Part shown: in pieces, positions 17,936 to 28,231 of the stretch
How the letters are laid out: each line of letters starts with the position of its first letter
Position numbering within the stretch: position 1 is the stretch's first letter
Source of the DNA: Chlorobiota bacterium
GTDB taxonomy: Bacteria; Bacteroidota; Ignavibacteria; OLB7
DNA length: 64,000 nucleotides
Reading direction: 5' to 3'
NCBI GenBank assembly: GCA_028287785.1
Contig: JAQBOZ010000020.1
Coordinates: forward strand, 66,738 to 130,737
The notes under the pieces: model-generated
Told to the model about the DNA's origin: nothing
Seen by the model: only the letters and a program-made list of their open reading frames with translations
Database searches by the model: none
Program-made: the position numbers and the translations under genes

Positions 17936-19174
17936 ATGAACCAGCGGAAACGTATCGTCATCCTGGGCACAGGGTTCGCCGCCATCAGCCTCGTCAAGAA
18001 GATCGACCTCACCGCTTACGAGGTCATGATCGTCAGCCCGCGGAATCATTTTCTCTTTACTCCACTGCTGCCGAGCACGACCGTGGGAACCGTGGAATTC
18101 AGAAGCATCATCGAGCCGGTTCGGAAGACCCGCAAGGGGATCGAGTACATGCAGGGAAGCTGCCGGTCGGTTGATACGGAGCGGCGGACCATCACCTGCG
18201 AGGGGGTCGATTCCGGGGTCGAGTTCACGATGGAATATCATCATCTGGTGATCGCGGTGGGGGCATGGAACAACACCTTCAACGTCCCCGGCGTCCGGGA
18301 GCATGCCCGGTTCCTGAAGGAGGTGACCGATGCCAGGGTGATCCGCGAGCAGGTGATTTCCTGTCTGGAACGGGCGGATATCCCCGGCATCAGCATGGAG
18401 GAGCGGAACAGGCTGCTCCATTTCGTGGTGGTCGGGGGCGGGCCAACGGGGATCGAGTTCGCGGCGGAACTGCATGATCTGATCGAGGAGGATCTGGGGA
18501 GAAGCTATCCGCATCTGAAGGGGGAGGTGAAGATCAGCCTGTTCGAGGCGATGAACACCATTCTCAACTCGTTCGATGGCAATCTTCGCCGGTACACCGC
18601 GGAGCACTTCAAGCGGCAGGGAATCGAGCTTCGAGTGGGAACGCCGGTGCAGGAGGTGCTGGATGGCGGCCTGAAGCTGAAGAACGGCGAGATGATCCCG
18701 GCCGGGCTGATCGTCTGGTCCACCGGCTACGGGCCGACCGGCCTGGCGCAGTCGCTGCCGTTCGACAAGGACAGGTCGGGACGGATACTGGTGGATGAAT
18801 GCCTGCGCGTCCCGGCGCACCCGGAGATCTACGCGCTTGGCGATTGCTCGAACATCGCGGGAAACGCGGTCCCGCAGACGGCGCAGCTTGCCATGCAGCA
18901 GGGAAAATATCTGGCGAAGGCGCTCAACGCCATCCACGACGGCGAGAGCCCGAAGCCGTTCAAATTCAACAACCTGGGGATGCTGGCCTATGTCGGCGAA
19001 AGCAAGGCCCTTGCCGATATCCCGAAGGCAAACATCCGATGGCGCGGGCTGATCACCTATATCTTCTGGCGCTCCGCTTATTTCACCCGGCTGATCGGCT
19101 TCAAGAACAAGGTGCTGGTGTTGTTCGACTGGATAAAGACGGCGGTGTTCGGACGGGATCTGAGCAAGTTCTGA
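17936..19174 (+). CDS. ndh: Type II NADH:quinone oxidoreductase (NDH-2)
   Basis: Two Rossmann dinucleotide-binding motifs (IVILGTGFAA; VVVGGGPTGIEFAAEL). NDH-2 family length. ATG verified at 17936; the track ORF begins at 17813. Confidence 0.85.
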   Translation: MNQRKRIVILGTGFAAISLVKKIDLTAYEVMIVSPRNHFLFTPLLPSTTVGTVEFRSIIEPVRKTRKGIEYMQGSCRSVDTERRTITCEGVDSGVEFTMEYHHLVIAVGAWNNTFNVPGVREHARFLKEVTDARVIREQVISCLERADIPGISMEERNRLLHFVVVGGGPTGIEFAAELHDLIEEDLGRSYPHLKGEVKISLFEAMNTILNSFDGNLRRYTAEHFKRQGIELRVGTPVQEVLDGGLKLKNGEMIPAGLIVWSTGYGPTGLAQSLPFDKDRSGRILVDECLRVPAHPEIYALGDCSNIAGNAVPQTAQLAMQQGKYLAKALNAIHDGESPKPFKFNNLGMLAYVGESKALADIPKANIRWRGLITYIFWRSAYFTRLIGFKNKVLVLFDWIKTAVFGRDLSKF

Positions 19175-19208
19175 TGCCACTGGTGAAATTGTGGAAGGAT
19201 AGTGGATT

Positions 19209-19724
19209 ATGCTCCCCGTGGGCACCCATGCCAATACTTTCGACACCGTCCATCTCGATGGCCTTCACTCTCATTATTCGGCTTCCGTCGCGGAAATACG
19301 AGCGGCGGCCTATCTCAATGAGGATACCATCACCGTTGGAACCAAGGGGATAGCCTGCTCGCACCTGATTTTTACAGCCCATGATTACGAGAATATTGGA
19401 TTCAATTCAAAGGCTCCCTATCCCGATCCAAATCCAAACAGTGGGTTCATCATTGGCATTGAATACTGGTATTCTCCGATGCTTCATTGTATCGTAAAAG
19501 AAAGGCAATATAACTGGGCCAGTGGAGATAGTATCCAAGGGGGCACAGATCAGAACGCCGATCGCCCGCAAGCTGGAATAAGCCGGGTTGATAAACCAGC
19601 CAGAAGAGACATCCTGACAATTTCAGGGCTCGCAGCCAGTCACCGAATGTGTTTCGCGCGCGATCCACTCACCACGGTTACTTCCCCGGAATTACCATAT
19701 ACGAAACGGGCCGGAGAGATATGA
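19209..19724 (+). CDS. Hypothetical protein in a lower-GC patch; coding status uncertain
   Basis: 171-aa ORF in a region visibly AT-richer than its flanks. No recognisable motif. Confidence 0.25.
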   Translation: MLPVGTHANTFDTVHLDGLHSHYSASVAEIRAAAYLNEDTITVGTKGIACSHLIFTAHDYENIGFNSKAPYPDPNPNSGFIIGIEYWYSPMLHCIVKERQYNWASGDSIQGGTDQNADRPQAGISRVDKPARRDILTISGLAASHRMCFARDPLTTVTSPELPYTKRAGEI

Positions 19725-19765
19725 CTCTCCAGCCTGTCATATTATCGAAGCAATCATCCCCGTAC

Positions 19766-21667
19766 CTACTTCACAACCGAAAATCCTCTCGTCATGACCC
19801 TTCCTTCCACCTGAAGCTGATAGAAATATGCGCCGGCCGGCAGCGTCACGGTGTTGAGCGCTTCTCTGTGCGAACCCGCCGCTCTCTCTCCATCGGTAGC
19901 CAGAATTTCCCGCCCAAGCGCATCCAACAGGCGCAGACGAACGTGGCACTGCCTGGGAAGAGAATATCCTATTGTCGTAAAACCAGTGGCGGGGTTGGGA
20001 TAATTTCCGTCGAGCGTTGCTTCATTGGCAGATGAGGCCTCGGGAACATCGGCCGCCACGCTCTCCAGAACAAGATGCACAACGGTCAACGGAGCAATGG
20101 TATAGGTGAAGTTGGTTACCCCGGCGTCCGATGTCATTCCCGTAACCGCCGGGATCTCCCTGATATCCATCCCACTACCATCAAAAGCAAATGCCCGCCC
20201 GCTCGTGAATTTCCGGTCGGACCTGACCGAAAAGCTCCCGATAATCGGGTCGGTCATGCTTTTGTTGATGGCGACGATATGGAATTTCGATCGATCGGAT
20301 GAGCTGGCCGAGGCATGGACGGAGCTGTTCTGATTGTCCGAGGAAACGGCGCGCGCGTTGATATCGCCGAATGCCGAGAAGTGCCCGTCATAATTCCGGT
20401 AGATCCTGTAGGCCGTCGAAATATAATCCCCCACGGTCCCCCAGTAATTGGACATATAGACGCCATATTTTCCGAAGATTCCCAGGACATCCGCAACGGC
20501 TATCCCGCCCGAGATATCGCTGTCGCCACCGTAATTATATTCCGTAAATGCCAGCTTTGTTCCGGGATAATATCTGGCGATCGATGCGCGCACGGCCGGG
20601 ATCAGCGCAACGGGGCTGAAGTACTGGCCTATCCAGCTATCCTCCCTGAACGTGGAATCCCAGAGCGACCGCGGCGCCTGCATCCGCGCGCGCTGGACGC
20701 CCGGATCGGCCCCGTTCTTGTCGAAAACGATACGGACCAAGCTGCTGTCGTTTCCCTTGCCGCGCGCCTCGGGGTACCAGTGCAGATCCAGCACATCGAG
20801 CAGCCGCATGTTATAGGCCGCCTCCGCCTCCTTCATTTTCGCCAGATATGCGCCGAGGAAATTCCCGTAGCTGCTGTAGGCGCTCCAGTCCGGGGCATCC
20901 TGGCAGTTGAGAAATTCCGCGTAGCCATACGCCACGGGCCCGAACATCTCGGCACCGGCGTCCACTCCCTTGACCGCGCGCGCCAGAGCAACTCCCTTGT
21001 CGATCACCTCCTGAACCCGCGTCTTCGCCGGATGTATTCTGGGATGAGTTGTCGGCCAGAGCGCCGGCTCATTATCGATCGCATAGCCCCGAACGCCCCC
21101 GACGTTCGATTTGCCGAACATGTTCACCAGAGCATTCACCTCCTCATCGGCATAGACGATATTGTCGCCGGTATCCGGCGCAAGCAGAAACGGACTCCCC
21201 TTGGCCGGCTTCACCTCCGCCCATCGCACCGATGGGGCGGTCTGCTCCGGCGATACCACACCGGATTTATCCTTTGCCACATAGCCGGCCGCCGGCAACG
21301 TAATCAGCGAATAACTGGACGTGCTTATCGACTCCTGATGAAAGAGCCTGGGAACGATACCCGGCTTATTCTCAAGGGAGTCGGCAAGCGTATAGGTCAT
21401 GTAATTATCGCTCTGATTATTGAAATCGGTGCCGGCGTGCGATGCGTTGTTCTCCCAGTTGTACCCGGTCCACCTGTTCCCCCCCGCCCTTCGCGCGGCG
21501 ATATTCGCGGCGGGGTCATCCCCCTGGGCATTGGAACCGTAGACATACGGGCTGATGCGGAAGGTATCGAGGCCGGCATCGATCGAAAACCGGACATGGG
21601 TTGGCGACTGCGCCAGCGCGGCCGCGGGGAGCAGCATAACGGCGAGAAGTTGTAGAAGGGGCTTCAT
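19766..21667 (-). CDS. Glycoside hydrolase family 44 (endoglucanase/xyloglucanase-type) with T9SS C-terminal sorting domain
   Basis: Signal peptide. GH44 signatures (RWTGYNWENNASHAG; YAIDNEPALW). C-terminal about 80 aa match the Por-secretion tail (YPNPATGFTTIGYSLP...LRLLDALGREI...LPAGAYFYQLQVEGR). Confidence 0.85.
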   Translation of the reverse strand: MKPLLQLLAVMLLPAAALAQSPTHVRFSIDAGLDTFRISPYVYGSNAQGDDPAANIAARRAGGNRWTGYNWENNASHAGTDFNNQSDNYMTYTLADSLENKPGIVPRLFHQESISTSSYSLITLPAAGYVAKDKSGVVSPEQTAPSVRWAEVKPAKGSPFLLAPDTGDNIVYADEEVNALVNMFGKSNVGGVRGYAIDNEPALWPTTHPRIHPAKTRVQEVIDKGVALARAVKGVDAGAEMFGPVAYGYAEFLNCQDAPDWSAYSSYGNFLGAYLAKMKEAEAAYNMRLLDVLDLHWYPEARGKGNDSSLVRIVFDKNGADPGVQRARMQAPRSLWDSTFREDSWIGQYFSPVALIPAVRASIARYYPGTKLAFTEYNYGGDSDISGGIAVADVLGIFGKYGVYMSNYWGTVGDYISTAYRIYRNYDGHFSAFGDINARAVSSDNQNSSVHASASSSDRSKFHIVAINKSMTDPIIGSFSVRSDRKFTSGRAFAFDGSGMDIREIPAVTGMTSDAGVTNFTYTIAPLTVVHLVLESVAADVPEASSANEATLDGNYPNPATGFTTIGYSLPRQCHVRLRLLDALGREILATDGERAAGSHREALNTVTLPAGAYFYQLQVEGRVMTRGFSVVK

Positions 21668-22230
21668 GGGTTGGACGGATTCTGGTTTGGACCTGAACTG
21701 TGATGGGAATATAGGGGTTTGCGATGATTTCGCACCAGAGGCCCCCGTGGATTCGATATACTTTGGATGGCTCCGATATGCCCGCGTTTACTATGTTTGC
21801 GCCCTGTCGCAAGCTCGACAACCATATTCTCCGCGTCTCATTCCCGCATTTCCCTTGAAGACCACGTATCATACCGGCGGCATCCCGGATATACCGCGCC
21901 ACCGTGCTTGACGATCATTTTTCATTTGTCAACCGGGATACCATCGCCTTCCGTTATCAGAGCCGATTCGATGTGCCATATGGATTATGGATCGACAACA
22001 GCGACAATGTCATTCTTCCCGCCAGCCGCAGACGGAATACAATGTCGATATCCCGATATGATATGAATACCGGTCTGGTCATCAGACAGAGCTGTTTTCT
22101 GGGAAACCCGGACAGCACCGGCATCATCGATCTTTCGTCAACTCCGTAATCGCCGGCCGCATATAAAAGGAAACGCCCGCTCGCGCATCGGCACGAACGG
22201 GCGTTCCTGTATTATATCGACCACCGGGAT

Positions 22231-23526
22231 TTATCCAAGCCCGCAACGCTCGAAGATATAATCAACGTTGCGGATCGATTTCTGAAGATCGCACAGCTCG
22301 TCGATCTCCGCGGGGGGAATGATCGCGGTTACATCGGCATCGCGTTTCAGAACATCGGCGAAGTTCTCGCGGGTGCGCCAGACCTCCATCGCATTCCGCT
22401 GCACCATGCTGTACGCATCTTCGCGGCTGACGCCTTTTTTGGCAAGGGCCAGAAGAATGGTCTGGGAGAAATGGAGCCCGCTGGTGATCTCCAGGTTCTT
22501 TTTCATATTCTCCGGATAGACCAGCAGCTTATCCACCAGCCCCGTCATCTTGTCGAGAATATAATCGAGCGCGATCGTGGAGTCGGGGCAGATCACCCGT
22601 TCCACGGAGGAGTGGCTGATATCCCGCTCGTGCCAGAGCGCCACATTCTCCATGGCGGCAATGGCGTTGACACGGATGATCCGCGCCATGCCGCAGACCC
22701 GCTCGGAGATGATCGGGTTCCGCTTGTGCGGCATCGCGGAGCTTCCCTTCTGCCCGGCGGAGAAATATTCCTCGGCCTCCAGCACTTCCGTCCGCTGGAG
22801 ATGCCGGATCTCGGTGGCGAACTGCTCGAGCGTGGAGGCAACCACGCCAAGCGCCGCCATATACTCCGCGTGCCGGTCGCGCTGGATAACCTGCGTGGTT
22901 ACCGGATCGGCCTTCAGCCCGAGATGCTCGCAGACATATTCCTCCACCTTCGGGCTGAGATGCTCGAACGTCCCGACAGCGCCGGAGATCTGCCCGTAGG
23001 AGATCACGTCGATCGCCCGCCGCATCCGCTCGATGTTCCGCTTCGTCTCCTCGTACCAGAGCGCCAGCTTCAACCCGAAGGTGATCGGCTCCGCGTGAAT
23101 CCCGTGCGAGCGGCCGATCATCATCGTGTACTTGAACTCCACGGCCCGCCTTGCCAGCACATCGCGGAACGCCTCAAGATCCTTCAGCAGAATCTCCCCC
23201 GCCTGCTTCAACTGGACCGCCAGACAGGTATCCAGCACGTCCGATGATGTCATGCCGAGATGGATGTAGCGCGATGGCTCCCCCACATACTCCGCCACGT
23301 TCGTCAGAAACGCGATCACATCGTGCTTGGTGGTCTCCTCGATCTCCAGCACCCTCTTCACATCGAAGTTCCCACGCTCGCGAACGGCCCGCGCGGCCTC
23401 CGCCGGCACATCCCCCAGCTCCGCCTGCGCCTCCACCGCCAGCGTCTCGATCTCCAGCCAGATACGGTACTTGTTCTCATCCTGCCAGATCGCCCCCATC
23501 TCGGGGCGGGTATAACGTTCGATCAT
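22231..23526 (-). CDS. purB: Adenylosuccinate lyase
   Basis: Fumarate-lyase signature GSSAMPHKRNP. Full-length collinearity with PurB. ATG at 23526 (MIERYTRPEM); the track ORF begins further upstream, at 23565. Confidence 0.9.
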   Translation of the reverse strand: MIERYTRPEMGAIWQDENKYRIWLEIETLAVEAQAELGDVPAEAARAVRERGNFDVKRVLEIEETTKHDVIAFLTNVAEYVGEPSRYIHLGMTSSDVLDTCLAVQLKQAGEILLKDLEAFRDVLARRAVEFKYTMMIGRSHGIHAEPITFGLKLALWYEETKRNIERMRRAIDVISYGQISGAVGTFEHLSPKVEEYVCEHLGLKADPVTTQVIQRDRHAEYMAALGVVASTLEQFATEIRHLQRTEVLEAEEYFSAGQKGSSAMPHKRNPIISERVCGMARIIRVNAIAAMENVALWHERDISHSSVERVICPDSTIALDYILDKMTGLVDKLLVYPENMKKNLEITSGLHFSQTILLALAKKGVSREDAYSMVQRNAMEVWRTRENFADVLKRDADVTAIIPPAEIDELCDLQKSIRNVDYIFERCGLG

Positions 23527-23722
23527 TGCGCGAAAACCCGGTTGTGTTTGACGTTCCCGGCGCATCGGCCTTCAGCCGGTCCGCCGGTGCCCATGCAGGG
23601 CGACATTAACTATCCGCACGCCTGTGACGCCCGTTCGACCAACAAATAGCGCCGATCGGAAGCGATTCAAGGGATCTTAATAAAATTCCGCGAGAGGGCT
23701 TGCGAACTTTGAATTCCTTCGT

Positions 23723-24268
23723 ATGTTTGCCGTTGAACTTAATTATTCAAAGCCCTTGAGACTCTCTACCGATCTCGATTCGATCGACCTCCAGATCCTG
23801 AAGGCGCTTCAGGCCAACGGTCGCGCGCAGCTTGGGACAATCGCCGAGGCGGTTGCCCTCTCCGCGCCGGCGGTGGCCGAGCGGCTTCGGAAGCTGGAGG
23901 AGCGGGGGGTCATCCTGGGCTTTACCGCGCGTCTTGCCCCCGCGCCGCTCGCGCTTGATATCACCGCATTCATCATGGTGCGCGTCGATTCATCGACCCA
24001 CTATCCGAAGTTTCTCGCGAAGGCGACCGCCCATGAAGAGGTTATGGAGTGCCACGCCATCACCGGCGATGCCTCTCATATTCTGAAGATCAGGACCCGC
24101 AACACGGGAACCCTGGAGACATTGCTCGGCGAGATTCAGCGCTGGCCGGGGGTGATCGGCACCAGGACCAACCTGGTCCTCTCCACGCACAAGGAATCGT
24201 TCGCGCTCCCCTGTTCGCACCTCGAAGAGATCATCGCCGGGGGAAGAATCGGAAAAAAGAAGGAATAA
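23723..24268 (+). CDS. Lrp/AsnC-family transcriptional regulator
   Basis: N-terminal HTH (LDSIDLQILKALQANGRAQLGTIAEAVALSAPAVAERLRKLEERGVI) and C-terminal RAM domain. Immediately upstream of glnA. Confidence 0.8.
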   Translation: MFAVELNYSKPLRLSTDLDSIDLQILKALQANGRAQLGTIAEAVALSAPAVAERLRKLEERGVILGFTARLAPAPLALDITAFIMVRVDSSTHYPKFLAKATAHEEVMECHAITGDASHILKIRTRNTGTLETLLGEIQRWPGVIGTRTNLVLSTHKESFALPCSHLEEIIAGGRIGKKKE

Positions 24269-24396
24269 TACGCTCGGCGCGCGCGTCGGCCGGCTGAAAA
24301 CCGGCCGGGACCGACGAGATGGGCAAACATACCCATTAGCCGAGAGATAGATTTTTTCAAATCATCAATACACTCAAAGCAGGAGAAGTGGAATCG

Positions 24397-25740
24397 ATGG
24401 CAATCACCAAGGATGATGTCCTGAGAATGGCTCAGGAGCAGAACGTACAGTTCGTGAACCTCCAGTTCACCGATATCGTCGGCACGCTGAAAGCGGTCAC
24501 CATCCCGGTCTGGAAGCTGGAAGATGCGATCGAGCAGAATGTCTGGTTCGATGGCTCGTCGATCGAGGGCTTTACCCGGATCCATGAGAGCGACATGTTC
24601 CTGAAGCTCGATCTTGACACGTTCGCCGTGATCCCCTGGACCAAGGGGGCAAGCTCCGGAACGCGCGCCCGTATCATCTGCGATGTCTACATGCCCGATG
24701 GAACGCCGTTCGAGGGGGACCCGCGCGGCATCCTGAAGCGCCAGCTCGAGCGCGCCAAGGCGCTTGGCTATGTCTTCAACGTCGGGCCGGAGCTGGAGTT
24801 CTTCCTCTTCAAGCGGAACGCCGAGGGAAAGCTGGCGCCGCTTCCGCACGATGAGGCCGGCTACTTCGATCAGACCACCGATGCCGCCACCGAGATCCGC
24901 CAGGAGATGACCTTCGCCCTCCAGGCGTTCGGCATCGATGTCGAGGCGCTTCATCACGAGGTCGCGGTCGGGCAGCACGAGATCGACTTCCGCTACTGCG
25001 ACGCCCTCACCGGCGCCGATGCATCGGTCACGCTCCGCTTCGCCCTCAAGTCGATCGCCGCGCAGCACGGCCTGCACGCCACCTTCATGCCGAAGCCGAT
25101 CGCCGGCATCAACGGCTCCGGCATGCACGTCCATCAGTCGCTCTTCACCACCGACGGGAAGAACCTGATGTTCGACAAGGACGGCCTCTACTCCCTCAGC
25201 GATTTCGCCCAGCATTTCATCGGCGGGCAGCTGCACCATATCAAGGCGATGAACGCCATCCTCAACCCGACGATCAACAGCTACAAGCGGCTCGTTGTGG
25301 GCTACGAGGCGCCGGTGAACGTGGCGTGGGGACAGAAGAACCGCTCGGTGCTGATCCGCGTGCCGCGCTACACGCCGGGACGTGAGAAGGCGGTTCGCGT
25401 GGAGATCCGCTGCCCCGATCCTGCCGCCAACCCCTATCTCGCCTTCGCAGTCCTCCTGGCCGCCGGCCTGGACGGCGTCGAGAAGAAGATCAAGCCGCCG
25501 AAGCCGGTGGAGGACGATATCTTCGAGATGGGACCGGAGGAGATCAAGGAGCGCGGCATCGGCGCGGTGGCGGAGAATCTGAAGGAGGCGCTGGAGGAGC
25601 TGTCGATCAACACGGTCGTCCGCGAGGCCATCGGCGAGTTCACCTTCCGGAAGTTCTACGAGGCGAAGATGAACGAGTGGGACGAGTACCGGATCGCGGT
25701 TTCGCAGTGGGAGCTGGATCGCTACATGGAGATCCACTGA
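24397..25740 (+). CDS. glnA: Glutamine synthetase type I
   Basis: GS-I family throughout (VNLQFTDIVG..., NVGPELEFFLF, HHEVAVGQHEIDF, MPKPIAGINGSGMHVHQSL, KNRSVLIRVP). ATG at 24397 is 10 nt after AGGAGA; the track ORF begins at a GTG at 24388. Confidence 0.9.
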   Translation: MAITKDDVLRMAQEQNVQFVNLQFTDIVGTLKAVTIPVWKLEDAIEQNVWFDGSSIEGFTRIHESDMFLKLDLDTFAVIPWTKGASSGTRARIICDVYMPDGTPFEGDPRGILKRQLERAKALGYVFNVGPELEFFLFKRNAEGKLAPLPHDEAGYFDQTTDAATEIRQEMTFALQAFGIDVEALHHEVAVGQHEIDFRYCDALTGADASVTLRFALKSIAAQHGLHATFMPKPIAGINGSGMHVHQSLFTTDGKNLMFDKDGLYSLSDFAQHFIGGQLHHIKAMNAILNPTINSYKRLVVGYEAPVNVAWGQKNRSVLIRVPRYTPGREKAVRVEIRCPDPAANPYLAFAVLLAAGLDGVEKKIKPPKPVEDDIFEMGPEEIKERGIGAVAENLKEALEELSINTVVREAIGEFTFRKFYEAKMNEWDEYRIAVSQWELDRYMEIH

Positions 25741-25773
25741 TCGGGTAGATATCAATTCCCGTCGCAGATGAAC

Positions 25774-25813
25774 GAAGCCCCCGCGAGCGATGATGTCTCA
25801 CGGGGGCTTTGCG
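25774..25813. terminator. Hairpin terminator after glnA, also 3' of the convergent T9SS gene
   Basis: gaagcccccg-(17-nt loop)-cgggggcttt followed by gcgttat. Confidence 0.45.
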
Positions 25814-25884
25814 TTATCACGATGTTCAGGAGCGCGCTTCGCGATTTCCCGTTTGTCCCGATCACCACACGATGTTCCGGCCGG

Positions 25885-28104
25885 TCAATGCCGCACGATC
25901 ACCCTGCCACTCGCGGTGGCGCTTCCCGCGGTCACCCGGTAGAGATAGATCCCCGCTGGAAGCCCGCCCCCACGCAGCACCACCTCCCCTCCGGCGCCGC
26001 TCCCCTCCATCACCATCCTTCCCGTCGCATCGTACAGCCGTGCATGGACAGCCTCTTCGCCCGCGCGATCGAATCGGATGATGATAGTTCCATCGGCAAA
26101 GCGCGCGTCCCTGATTGTTATGCCGCCGGCGGCAATACCGGCATCATCCACCCCGGCGATGTGCTGAACGATCACCGGAACGTCGCGGGAGAGAGTGCGG
26201 TTGCCGGCCGCATCCAACGCGACGGCGGTCAGATCGTGGAGTCCCGGAAAGGTCGCGCCTGGGTCCCATGTCAGATCGTACGGCGCCGCGTGCATCGGAT
26301 CGCCAAGGTTTGCGCCGTCCAGCCTCACCTGCACGCTCGCGATCCCCACGTTATCGGTGGCGGCCACATGGATGATGATCGGCTTCGACACCTTCCCCCC
26401 GTAGGTCGGGCTGGTGATCTCCACGAGCGGCGGGATGGTGTCGCTGTTCGGCGCGATCAGTATCCGCACCGAATCGGAGAAGCTCCTGTTGCCCGCCTGA
26501 TCTCTTGCAATCGCCCGCAGCGTATGCCATCCCTGCGTCAGGGAGGCGGCATCAGCGTTGACCGCATACGGCTGCCCCATCACCTCTCCGCCGATATCGA
26601 CGCCATCGATCCTGAACTGCACGCCGGATATCGCCACGTTATCGGTGGCGGTCGCCTGAATCCTGAGGATGCTTCCGGTGATGGTCTCCCCATCCACAGG
26701 GGTTGTCATCGCAACGACCGGAGGGATCGTATCCCCCTGCCCGATCGGCGGATCGATGGCGCGGATCGTCATCACCCCCTTTCCCGGCATCATCGCCTCA
26801 AGCGTTCCCCCCTCCGGGATCGTCGTGTCCGGGGCATCCGCTCCAGCCGCGCCGGCGGTCGTATAGGAGATGCCGTAGTTCCCGCCGGGAAGCCCCGCCA
26901 CCTGCAACGTTCCGGTTGTATCGGCCTTTACGACGACGACATCCCGTCGGTCGGCGTTGATGAACGCGACCGGATCGAACGCCGGGTTGGTGGTCTCCAC
27001 ATCGATACGCACCGCGCCCCGATGCACATACCTGAAGTATTGCCGGAGATATCGCGCCGCCTTGCCCATCACCACGTCCGGCCTCCCGGCCGGGGCAGCA
27101 AAGAAGTACGCGGTCCCGTCATCGGTCCCCACGCGGGCCAGCCTCCCCAGTTGCCATGCGGAACTCGACGCCAGCTTGAGATCCTTGTGAAGCTCCTCAT
27201 AGCCGCCCCCCGCATGCTCCAGCATCGCCGGTTCCGCCGAGAAGCTCTCGGCGCGGGAGGCAATCGCCCGGAGTGTGCCGTCGAGCGTGGTCCCGTAGCG
27301 GTGATAGGAGAGCTCTCGAATGTGATCGCCTATCCCCCCGGCGGTTTCGATCATCCCGTTGATGTAATTGAGAGCCGCGGCGGCGTTCGAGGTGGATGGC
27401 GCGATAAAATCCCCCGGCTCGGCGAATCTCCGGGAGCAGGCGAGGATGGCATCGGCAAGCTGCGCCGGGCTCCAGCCGGCCAGATCGGGCTCCAGACAGA
27501 CCTCGATGGCGTCGGGAAGAAGGCCATACCGATGCTGGATATGCGACGTGACGGCGGCCATGAACTCCGCGTACTCCTCAGGGTTGGCGGCATGACGGAA
27601 GGGGGACGCGGAGGAATCGGTGTAGGCCAGATTGATGGAAAGCTCCTCCCCCTCGCTCTTCAGGCGATCGCGCAGCGGCATCACCAGCCTGTCGAAGACA
27701 TTATCGATCTCGGAGAACTGAAAGCGGGAGGAATCGATCATCGTGGGATCGTTGTTGTCGTTGACAACCTCGTAACGCTTTCTGCTCCATTCCGCAGCGG
27801 AGATCGCGCCGGATCGATAGAGCGACCAGTAGTCCACAGGGTTTTCGATGCCGCTCCGCGCTTCAACCCGGAGCCGGTTGATCCCCATGACGGCCGCGTC
27901 CTGGAACAGCTCCCCCGCATAGTCGAAGAACCGAAGCGTATCCTCCCCCGCGTGCGCGGTCGCCTCCCAGCCGTTGATCGTCTGGAACGTGCGGGCGGGG
28001 TTCAATGTGATCACCGCGCCGGCCGGGGTCTGCCCCGGCGATTGAACGCAGGAGACGGAGCCGAGGAGGAGAACAATCAGGAGATGGAGAGAAGATCGAT
28101 TCAT
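25885..28104 (-). CDS. Secreted multidomain protein: putative glycosidase-like catalytic domain, three bacterial Ig-like repeats, T9SS C-terminal sorting domain
   Basis: ATG at 28104 (MNRSSLHLLIVLLLGSVSCVQS signal peptide); the track ORF begins at 28302. Three about 95-aa repeats beginning TIPPVVAMTTP / TIPPLVEITSP. C-terminal Por tail (LYDATGRMV...LPAGIYLYRVTAGS...). Confidence 0.7.
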   Translation of the reverse strand: MNRSSLHLLIVLLLGSVSCVQSPGQTPAGAVITLNPARTFQTINGWEATAHAGEDTLRFFDYAGELFQDAAVMGINRLRVEARSGIENPVDYWSLYRSGAISAAEWSRKRYEVVNDNNDPTMIDSSRFQFSEIDNVFDRLVMPLRDRLKSEGEELSINLAYTDSSASPFRHAANPEEYAEFMAAVTSHIQHRYGLLPDAIEVCLEPDLAGWSPAQLADAILACSRRFAEPGDFIAPSTSNAAAALNYINGMIETAGGIGDHIRELSYHRYGTTLDGTLRAIASRAESFSAEPAMLEHAGGGYEELHKDLKLASSSAWQLGRLARVGTDDGTAYFFAAPAGRPDVVMGKAARYLRQYFRYVHRGAVRIDVETTNPAFDPVAFINADRRDVVVVKADTTGTLQVAGLPGGNYGISYTTAGAAGADAPDTTIPEGGTLEAMMPGKGVMTIRAIDPPIGQGDTIPPVVAMTTPVDGETITGSILRIQATATDNVAISGVQFRIDGVDIGGEVMGQPYAVNADAASLTQGWHTLRAIARDQAGNRSFSDSVRILIAPNSDTIPPLVEITSPTYGGKVSKPIIIHVAATDNVGIASVQVRLDGANLGDPMHAAPYDLTWDPGATFPGLHDLTAVALDAAGNRTLSRDVPVIVQHIAGVDDAGIAAGGITIRDARFADGTIIIRFDRAGEEAVHARLYDATGRMVMEGSGAGGEVVLRGGGLPAGIYLYRVTAGSATASGRVIVRH

Positions 28105-28231
28105 GGCACCTGGAATTGATGATCGTCGCCGTTTCCCAAGGAGGAAAGGGCGTTCGATAGTGGAGGAACGTAACCGTGCCGGAAACGGATGGTACGAAAT
28201 CGAAGCATTGTGACAAGCGGAGCGCACTGGC

